From: Solirubrobacteraceae bacterium
GTDB lineage: Bacteria; Actinomycetota; Thermoleophilia; Solirubrobacterales; Solirubrobacteraceae
NCBI GenBank assembly: GCA_036743695.1
Contig: DAINPC010000002.1
Location: 1-34,928 of the forward strand
Direction: 5' to 3'
Length of the DNA stretch: 34,928 nucleotides
In this document: positions 16,747 through 24,014 of the stretch, piece by piece
Layout of the letters: each line of letters starts with the position of its first letter
Position numbering within the stretch: position 1 is the stretch's first letter
The notes under the pieces: model-generated
The model's input: the letters and a program-made list of their open reading frames with translations, nothing else
Databases searched by the model: none
What the model was told of the DNA's origin: nothing
Translations under genes and position numbers: made by a program

Positions 16747-18565
16747 GGAGAGCATTGATCCAGCAGAGCATAGGAGAGTCGATCGACGCACGTTCGTGAA
16801 GGCGGGGCTGATCGGCGGCGGTGCCCTGGCGGGCGCGGGACTGGGCCTGCGCGCGATCGCCGATGGGTCTCGGAGCTCGGATTCCCGACCCGCCCCCGCG
16901 GCGGTGCCCGCGCGCACGCCGTCGGCGGCCAGCCCCAAGCAGCCGAACATCCTCGTGATCGTGGTCGACCAGCTGCGCTTTCCCCAGTGGTTCTCCGCAA
17001 CGCCGCTCGGGCTGGCCCTCCCCGCCAACCTCCAGCGCCTGCGCCACGGGGCGGTGTCCTTCGCCCGGCACTACACCGCCTCCAACGACTGCTCGCCCGC
17101 GCGCGCAACGCTGCTGACCGGTCTCTACACGCATCAGACCGGCTGCATGATCACGGGCGGGAGCACCCTGGACCCCGGATTCCCCACATGGGGGACCATG
17201 CTGCGCGAGCACGGCTACCACACCCGCTGGTTCGGCAAGTGGCACCTCACCCACCACGACAACCGCTGGACCGCCGCCAGCGGCGAACGGGCGCTCGAGC
17301 GCTACGGCTTCGCCGGAGGCGTCTATCCCTCCCCGGACGGCGGGCCGGGCCAGGGCTGGCGCACGGACCCGCTGATCGCCTCCGCCTTCCGCGACTGGTT
17401 CGCCCACGAGGGCGGAGCCGAGCCGTGGTGCACGACCGTCTCGTTCGTCAACCCCCACGACATCGCCTGGTGGTACAGGTGGAGCGACCGCGTGCCGGCC
17501 GAGGCCGGCGCCCCGCGCACCGTCCTACGCCTGCCGCCGAACTACGAGACGCCGGAACTGCTGAGCGAGCGTCACAAGCCGCGCCTGCAGCACTCCTTCC
17601 AGGAGACCGCCGCCGCGTCGTTCGGGCCGGTGCCTTTCAACGGCCCGGAATCGGAACGCGAGTGGCTGGCGTTCCTCGACCTCTACACCAAGCTCCAGCG
17701 TGAGGTGGACCAACACATCGGCCACGTCCTGCACACGCTCCAGAGTCGGCCCAAGGTGGCGGCGAACACGGTGATCGTGTTCACCTCCGACCACGGCGAG
17801 TACGGCGCCTCGCACGGCCTGCGCGGCAAGGGCGCCAGCGCCTACGAGGAGGCCATCCGCGTGCCGCTGATCGTCAAGGACCCGCGCGCGGTGCTCACCA
17901 GCGCCACCGCGCAGCCGCGCACGCAGCTCAGCTCCAGCGTGGATGTGGCTCCGCTGCTGCTGACCATCGCCACCGGCTCCGCGGACTGGCGGCGCGAGTC
18001 GCACTACTCGCACATCGCCCACCGCCTCGACCTGGCGAAGATCCTCGCCGACCCGAGCGCCGCGGGGCGCGAATTCGTCCTGCACGCGACCGACGAGGTG
18101 GTCACCGAGTTCGCCACCGCGCCCTATGCGGCCGATGCGCCGCTGCACATCGTCGCCATGCGCACCGCCGGCGCCAAGTACGCCACCTACTCCCATTGGC
18201 CCGAAGAAGGCATCGCGCCGCTGTCAGCGGGCGAGGAAGACGAGCTCTACGACTACAGCAACCAGAGCGGCCGGCTGGAGCTGCACAACAGCGCCGGGGA
18301 AAGCGCCGTCGAGGCCGAACTGCGAGCGCAGCTGCAACGCGCCTTACACCACGAGCTGCGCGGCCCGCTGCCCGCGCGGCTTGGCAAAGCGCACGCGCGC
18401 GGGTTCGCCGACTTCTTCTCCACCGCCAGACGCGCCGCCGAGAGCGCGGCCGCACGGCGCAAGCTCCGCGAGGAACGCGAACTGGGGCCGATCGAACACG
18501 CGCAGGGGCCGCGGGCGAGTGGCAACCTCGGCCCTAGGACCTCGCCGCGCTCGACGCGCCCATGA
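16745..18565 (+). CDS. Tat-exported Cys-type (formylglycine-dependent) sulfatase
   Basis: DRRTFVKAG twin-arginine signal; PNILVIVVDQ; CSPAR (CxPxR) followed by LLTG; GKWHL; NPHD; TSDHG. Start ATG 16745 (alternative 16733). Confidence 0.92.
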   Translation: MESIDPAEHRRVDRRTFVKAGLIGGGALAGAGLGLRAIADGSRSSDSRPAPAAVPARTPSAASPKQPNILVIVVDQLRFPQWFSATPLGLALPANLQRLRHGAVSFARHYTASNDCSPARATLLTGLYTHQTGCMITGGSTLDPGFPTWGTMLREHGYHTRWFGKWHLTHHDNRWTAASGERALERYGFAGGVYPSPDGGPGQGWRTDPLIASAFRDWFAHEGGAEPWCTTVSFVNPHDIAWWYRWSDRVPAEAGAPRTVLRLPPNYETPELLSERHKPRLQHSFQETAAASFGPVPFNGPESEREWLAFLDLYTKLQREVDQHIGHVLHTLQSRPKVAANTVIVFTSDHGEYGASHGLRGKGASAYEEAIRVPLIVKDPRAVLTSATAQPRTQLSSSVDVAPLLLTIATGSADWRRESHYSHIAHRLDLAKILADPSAAGREFVLHATDEVVTEFATAPYAADAPLHIVAMRTAGAKYATYSHWPEEGIAPLSAGEEDELYDYSNQSGRLELHNSAGESAVEAELRAQLQRALHHELRGPLPARLGKAHARGFADFFSTARRAAESAAARRKLREERELGPIEHAQGPRASGNLGPRTSPRSTRP

Positions 18566-20423
18566 CCGCGCCCGAACCGTCGAGCGCCTGGACCTCCACG
18601 TAGCGTCCCGCCACCGCGGCCGGCAGCCTGATGGCGGTCTCAAACCCCGACCTGGGAGCGATGCTCACGGGATTCAGCGCCGCGGGCGAGGGGCCCGCAA
18701 GCACGCGCCAGGAGGCCACTTCGCTCGCCCCGTTCCAGCTGGCATACGCGACCGATGAGCCGTGGACGCGCCCCACGGCCAGCGCCGGCCTGCCCGTGGG
18801 GCGCCCCGTCCACGCCAGCCGGTAGGCGCGGTAGGACTCATACGCCGCCGGCAGGTGCGCGTCGAACAGCAGCTGGCCGGCGGGGCTGAATTCGGACAGG
18901 TAGGGGACCTCCCCCCAGCCCACCATCCAGTCGCCGTCCGCCAGCGCCTGGACGTTGCCCTGGCTGCCCGCCACCAGCGGAGTGGGATGCTGGCGCGAGC
19001 CCGCCAGCGTCGCTGTCATGCGCTGGAGGTCCAGCCTGACGTCGATCGCGCGCGACTGCGGATGCTCGACCGGAGTGGCGCCGTTGTCGAAGAACGTGAG
19101 CGTCCCATCCGGCTGCCAGCGCGCGTCGTGCTGCCACGCCGTGCGCGTGCCGGGCCCCATCGCAAAGCTGCTGCGCTTGCCGCCCAGGCGCCAGCGCACC
19201 TTCCCAGTCAGCGGATCCACGTCGTATGCCGCCCACGTGTTGCGGGCATCCACCATCAGATCCCCGCCCTGCTGGACGTCGATTGAGTTGATGTGGAAGA
19301 AGTCAAACGGCGTGAGCTGGCTGGAGCGCCGGGCGGAGGCATAGGACTCGGCCAGCGCCACGTGGTCGAGGCTGTGCCACTCGTACATCACCAGGCCCGT
19401 CTTCACGTCGATCTCCTGCAGCAGCGTGTCCGCCACCGCCGCGTCGCGCGGTCCGCCGACCGATGACAGGTCGCAGTCGATCGCGTCGTAGACCGTGATC
19501 AGGGCGCTGCCCTGCGGGTTGATCTGGAATTCGTGCAGATCCGACTGGTAGCCGTTGCCGGCCCGCAGGATCGCCACGTCCTGGTAGGAGCTGTTGGCGA
19601 TCACCAGGCCCGCCCTGCTGCTGCCGGCGGCGACGAGCGGGTCCTGCCACCAGGTGAGCACGGGCTTGCCTTCGTAGAGCTGCGCGCGGAAGTCCGCGGC
19701 GCGCGTGCCCTTGGCCAGCGGCTTGAACCACACGAGCGCGCCGCTTTCGTCGAGGATCATCGGCCCGTACTGCCCCGGTCCGGAGTACGGGGCCAGGAAC
19801 AGGTCGCCCGGCGTCGTGCCGGGCAGGTGCGCGGTCACGGTCACCGTCGGCGGCTTGAGGTCCGGACGGGAGCGAAAGCTCTGGTAGTAGCGGGGGTTGG
19901 GCGGGCCCTGAGAGCTGCCGCCTGCGGCGCTCGCGCGGTCGCGCACCGCCACCGTGAAGCTCCAGCCGAACGGGATCGCCTGCGCGCCGCTGTGCAGCAC
20001 ACCGTGGACGCTCACCAGCTCGCCTTCGGCGAACGGCCGCGTGGGCAGGAAGCTGGCGCCGTTCCCCTGCGAGTACGCCGCCAGCCTGCCCGTGTGCGGG
20101 CCCGTGCGCGAGCCCTCGACGGCGAGGTTTGCCAGGGCGCCCGCTGCCTGCCCGAGCAGGCTGATCTGGGTGGCCGGGGAGGAGTCTCTGCTCGCTGGCG
20201 CCGGTGAGACCGTCAGCAGCGAACCCGCCAGGGCCGCCGAGACGTCCAGGCGCGGGGGCGTGCAGCGGGTCGGGGTGCTGTGCGCCACGGAGGCCGCGCG
20301 CACGGACCTCACCGCCACCGCCGCCCGCACCGGCTGCGCGAGCGAAGCTGACGGCGGGGACACCAGCCCTGTCACCCCTGCGGCTCCCGCCAGTGAGGCC
20401 AACCCGGCCAACAGCGGGTGCAC
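18534..20423 (-). CDS. Exported arylsulfotransferase (ASST) family protein, paralog 2
   Basis: Hydrophobic N-terminus; FRSRPDL, DLHEFQ, FFHINS, VDARN, WQHD, FDNG, SQGNVQ, YASWNGAS. Confidence 0.88.
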   Translation of the reverse strand: MHPLLAGLASLAGAAGVTGLVSPPSASLAQPVRAAVAVRSVRAASVAHSTPTRCTPPRLDVSAALAGSLLTVSPAPASRDSSPATQISLLGQAAGALANLAVEGSRTGPHTGRLAAYSQGNGASFLPTRPFAEGELVSVHGVLHSGAQAIPFGWSFTVAVRDRASAAGGSSQGPPNPRYYQSFRSRPDLKPPTVTVTAHLPGTTPGDLFLAPYSGPGQYGPMILDESGALVWFKPLAKGTRAADFRAQLYEGKPVLTWWQDPLVAAGSSRAGLVIANSSYQDVAILRAGNGYQSDLHEFQINPQGSALITVYDAIDCDLSSVGGPRDAAVADTLLQEIDVKTGLVMYEWHSLDHVALAESYASARRSSQLTPFDFFHINSIDVQQGGDLMVDARNTWAAYDVDPLTGKVRWRLGGKRSSFAMGPGTRTAWQHDARWQPDGTLTFFDNGATPVEHPQSRAIDVRLDLQRMTATLAGSRQHPTPLVAGSQGNVQALADGDWMVGWGEVPYLSEFSPAGQLLFDAHLPAAYESYRAYRLAWTGRPTGRPALAVGRVHGSSVAYASWNGASEVASWRVLAGPSPAALNPVSIAPRSGFETAIRLPAAVAGRYVEVQALDGSGAVMGASSAARS

Positions 20424-20438
20424 GCGCTGCCGCGTCCC

Positions 20439-22250
20439 TCAGGCCTTGACCGTCGGTGAGACCGCCAGCACCGCGCCCGCGCCGTCGAGCGCCTGGACGG
20501 CGACGTAAGGGCCCGTGGTGAGCGCCGACACCGTGGTCTGAAAGCCGCTCTTGGCGGTCGTCATGACCGGCGCGAGCGCGCTCGGGGAGGCGCCCGCGAG
20601 CACCCGCCAGGAGGCGACGTCGGTGGCCCCGTTCCAGCTCGCCGAGACAGCCAGCGCGCGGGAGCCGCTCGCTTTGGCCACCACCGAGGGGACGCTCTCG
20701 GGCTGCCCGCTCCACGGCGATTGGAAGGCCTTGAAGCTCTGGACGTTCTTGCCGAGGGTGGCGTCCAGGAGCACGTGACCAGAGGCATCGAACTCGGTGA
20801 AGTTCGGCAGCCGTCCGTAGCCCAGCAGCCAGTTCCCCCCGGGCAGGCTCAGGGCGTTGCCCTGGCTTTCGGCGAGCAGCGTCTTGGTGGGGTTCACGAA
20901 CTGCTTGACGAGACTCACGGTGTGTCCAACGGTGTCCGGCGCCAGCAACAGGCCCCGCGACTGCTTCTCCTTGGGCGGATCCGAGCCGTTGTCGAAGACC
21001 GAGATCAGCCCGTCCGGCTGGAACTCGGCGTCGTGCTGCCAGTAGAAGCGCGTGCCTGCGCCGAGCTTGAAGCTGCTGCGAGCGCCCCCGAGGCGCCAGC
21101 GCACGCCGCCGGTGCGGATATCCACGTCATACACCGTCCAGGTGTTGCGCACCGAGACCAGCACGTCGCCGGCGGAGCCCGGATCGGCCGAATTGAGGTG
21201 CGCGTAGTCCCACGGATAGCTGCGGGGCACCGGATTGTTGGAGTCGCCGGGCGCGATGTTTCCCAAGGTGTGCCACTCCCACATCACCAGCCCGGTCTTG
21301 ATGTCGATCTCCTGCACGACCGAATCCGTGAGGATGCCGTTGGCGGGCCCATGCACCCCCGACAGGTTCATGTGAACCGGGTCGAACACGTCAATCCAGG
21401 CTGTGCCTTGCGGTGTGATCCGGACCTCGTGCAGATCTGCGTGGTAGCCGTTGCCGGCCCTGATCGTGGCCACGTGCCGATAGGAGCTGTCGTACAGCAC
21501 GTCTTCGCCCTGGCCGAAGCCGACCTGGAGGATCCGCCCCTGCCACCAGCTCAGCACCGGCTTGCCCTGATACTGCTGAACCCCGAAGTTCGTCGCCTGC
21601 AGCCCGGCCGCCAGCGGATGGAACCACACCAGGCTGCCGCCCCGATCGACGATCATCGGCCCCGGCGATCCCTGGCCCTGGTAGGGAGCGAGGAAGAAGT
21701 AGCCGGGCGTCGCACCGGGCCTTGCCGGTGTCGTGACATGCACCGTCGAGGGCGTCAGCGTCGGCGCCGTGCTGTAGTGCTGCACGGCGTGGGGGTCGCC
21801 CGGGGAGATCGGGAACTCCTGCTGGCTGACTGTTGCCTGATCGGCGATCGTGAAGCTCGTCCGCGCCTGACCCGTGGTGGCGCCCACGGCGACCGTGGCG
21901 CTGACGCTCACGTGCTCGCCCGCCGAGAACGGGTGTGCGGGGATGAAGCTCTCGCCGGTCACAGTCGAGTAGGCGCGCAGCACGCCCGTGTGGGTGCCGC
22001 TGTGCGAGCCCACCACGCGCACGTTGCTCACCTTGGTCGCGAGCGCGCCCAGAAAGCTGATCTGGGTGCTCGGCGAGGCGTCCGGCGTGCCCGGCTGGGG
22101 CGAGACCGCCACCGGGTTGGCGGCACCCACCAGCGCCGAGTCCTGGGAGGCCGGTAGCGCGGGGCTGGCCGAGGAGCTGCCGCAGGCGCCCAGCGCGATT
22201 GCGCTCACCACACACGCCAGCGGAAGGGGCAGCAGGCGCAACGTCCTCAT
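20439..22250 (-). CDS. Arylsulfotransferase (ASST) family lipoprotein, paralog 3
   Basis: Lipobox LGAC-GSSS; DLHEVR, YAHLNS, VSVRN, WQHD, FDNG, SQGNA, SASWNGAT; ATGA overlap with the MFS stop. Confidence 0.88.
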   Translation of the reverse strand: MRTLRLLPLPLACVVSAIALGACGSSSASPALPASQDSALVGAANPVAVSPQPGTPDASPSTQISFLGALATKVSNVRVVGSHSGTHTGVLRAYSTVTGESFIPAHPFSAGEHVSVSATVAVGATTGQARTSFTIADQATVSQQEFPISPGDPHAVQHYSTAPTLTPSTVHVTTPARPGATPGYFFLAPYQGQGSPGPMIVDRGGSLVWFHPLAAGLQATNFGVQQYQGKPVLSWWQGRILQVGFGQGEDVLYDSSYRHVATIRAGNGYHADLHEVRITPQGTAWIDVFDPVHMNLSGVHGPANGILTDSVVQEIDIKTGLVMWEWHTLGNIAPGDSNNPVPRSYPWDYAHLNSADPGSAGDVLVSVRNTWTVYDVDIRTGGVRWRLGGARSSFKLGAGTRFYWQHDAEFQPDGLISVFDNGSDPPKEKQSRGLLLAPDTVGHTVSLVKQFVNPTKTLLAESQGNALSLPGGNWLLGYGRLPNFTEFDASGHVLLDATLGKNVQSFKAFQSPWSGQPESVPSVVAKASGSRALAVSASWNGATDVASWRVLAGASPSALAPVMTTAKSGFQTTVSALTTGPYVAVQALDGAGAVLAVSPTVKA

Positions 22251-24013
22251 CCGTCCCCCGAGACCCGCCGCGCGGCCCGCTCGCCGCCGGTGCGCACCGT
22301 CATATGCCCGCCCGCCAGCGGCCAGCTCCCGCCCCCCGACACCGAGAAGCGCACAGCCGCCACCGGCCGCGCGGGCCTGCTCGGGACCTCGCCCGGCACG
22401 GAGGCACCTCGCTTGCCGTTATGCGACGGCGCCGCCACCGGCATGGGCATGGCCACCGGCGTGGGCGCTGCCACAGGCGCGGGCCCGGCTGCGGGCGCAG
22501 CCACAGGCGCGGGCCCGGCTGCGGGCGGGGGCGCGGGTGCCGGCCCGGGGGGTCGCACGGCCTTGGGGATCAGCCTGAACGCCACCACCGCCCCGGTGGC
22601 GGCGAAGCCGGCGCCGAGCAGGAAGGCCAGCCTGAAGCCGTCGGTGAGCGCGAGGATCGGGGCGCGGTAGTCGGCGCTGGTCAGGTGGTTGGTGTAGAGC
22701 ACGGCCAGCGAGGCCAGGACGGCCAGGCCGAGCGCACCGCCCATCTGACGCGAGGTGTTGACGAGGCCGGAGGCCAGTCCCGCCTCGCTGGGCGCGGCGG
22801 TGGCGGTGGCGGCGATCGTGGAGGGCACGACCGACAGGCCGATGCCTATGGAGGTCAGCAGGCTGGGCAGCAGGAAGTCCGAGGTGTAGTCGCCGCCCAC
22901 GGAGATCCGCCCGAACAGGGCCAGGCCGACGGCCATCAGGCTGAGGCCGACGCCGAGCACCGGACCGGCGCCGAAGCGCGCGACCAGCGCGCCCCCGCGC
23001 GTCGCGCAGGCCATGATCGTCAGCGCCATCGGCAGGAACGCGAGCCCGGCGTCCAGCGGGCCCATGTGCAGCACTTCCTGCAGGTACTGCGAGGCGAAAT
23101 ACCACATGGGAAACAGCGCCGCGCTGAACAGCACGACCACCAGGTTGGACACCCGCAGCAGGCGGTTGGAGAACACTCGTAGCGGCACCAGCGGCGCGGC
23201 GGCGAAGCGCCCCTCGATCACCGCGAAGGCGCCCAGCAGGGCCACGCCCAGCGCGATCGGGCCGAGTGCTGCGGAGGAGCCCCATCCGTGCGAGCCGGCG
23301 TTGACGATCCCGTAGACCAGCGACAGCAACCCGCCGGTGACGGCCAGCGCGCCGGCGAGATCGAAGCTCGCGCCGGAGTGCTCGCGGCGGCGGTCCACGA
23401 TGACCGCGCGCGCGACCAGCGCACCGGCGATGCCGATCGGCAGGTTGATCAGCAGCACCCAGCGCCAGCTGAGCTCCTGGGTGATGATCCCACCGAGCAG
23501 CGTTCCCGTTGCGCCGCCCGCGCCGTTCATCGCGCCCCACAGGCCGATCGCGCGGTGGCGTTCGGGGCCGGCGGGGAACGAGGAGGTGATGATCGCCAGC
23601 GAGGAGGCCGCCATCACCGCGCCGCCGAGACCCTGCAGGGCACGCGCGCCGACCAGCACCTGGCGGTCCACGGCGGTGCCGCCGATGAGCGAGGCGAGCG
23701 AGAACAGGAGCAGCCCGGTGATGAACGTGCGCCGCCCTCCGAACAGGTCGGCGGCGCGCCCGCTGAGCATCAGGAAGCCGGCGAAGGTGATCGTGTAGGC
23801 GTTGACCACCCACTGCAGCTCGGGGCGTGAGAAACCGAGGCTGGTGTGGATCGAGGGGATGGCCACGTTGACGATCGAGACGTCGAGGATGACCATGAAC
23901 TGCGCCAGGCAGCAGACTGTCAGCAGCAGCGCGTGGCGCGGACGCGCGTCCTGTCCAGCAGGCGCGTGCGCGGCCGCCAGGCGCGGCGTGATGGGAGCGG
24001 CGACAGAGGTCAC
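22247..24013 (-). CDS. MFS transporter, DHA2 (EmrB/QacA-like, 14 TMS), with Pro/Ala-rich C-terminal extension
   Basis: LDVSIVNVAIPSI, WVVNAY, GRAADLFGGRR (motif A), ARALQGLG, WRWVLLINLPIG, ASGLVNTSRQMGGALG. Confidence 0.93.
   Translation of the reverse strand: MTSVAAPITPRLAAAHAPAGQDARPRHALLLTVCCLAQFMVILDVSIVNVAIPSIHTSLGFSRPELQWVVNAYTITFAGFLMLSGRAADLFGGRRTFITGLLLFSLASLIGGTAVDRQVLVGARALQGLGGAVMAASSLAIITSSFPAGPERHRAIGLWGAMNGAGGATGTLLGGIITQELSWRWVLLINLPIGIAGALVARAVIVDRRREHSGASFDLAGALAVTGGLLSLVYGIVNAGSHGWGSSAALGPIALGVALLGAFAVIEGRFAAAPLVPLRVFSNRLLRVSNLVVVLFSAALFPMWYFASQYLQEVLHMGPLDAGLAFLPMALTIMACATRGGALVARFGAGPVLGVGLSLMAVGLALFGRISVGGDYTSDFLLPSLLTSIGIGLSVVPSTIAATATAAPSEAGLASGLVNTSRQMGGALGLAVLASLAVLYTNHLTSADYRAPILALTDGFRLAFLLGAGFAATGAVVAFRLIPKAVRPPGPAPAPPPAAGPAPVAAPAAGPAPVAAPTPVAMPMPVAAPSHNGKRGASVPGEVPSRPARPVAAVRFSVSGGGSWPLAGGHMTVRTGGERAARRVSGDG
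22463..22527. repeat. 30-bp tandem repeat (about 2.2 copies) in the MFS tail, encoding PAAGPAPVAA
   Basis: GGGCGC(T/A)GCCACAGGCGCGGGCCCGGCTGC at 22463-22492 and 22493-22522, one mismatch. Confidence 0.9.
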
Positions 24014-24014
24014 G

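Noticed and set aside
16756..17028. N-terminal extension of ASST1 to 704 aa
   Set aside because: Antisense to the sulfatase Tat signal and first motif; the signal-peptide-like sequence starts at 16746/16755.
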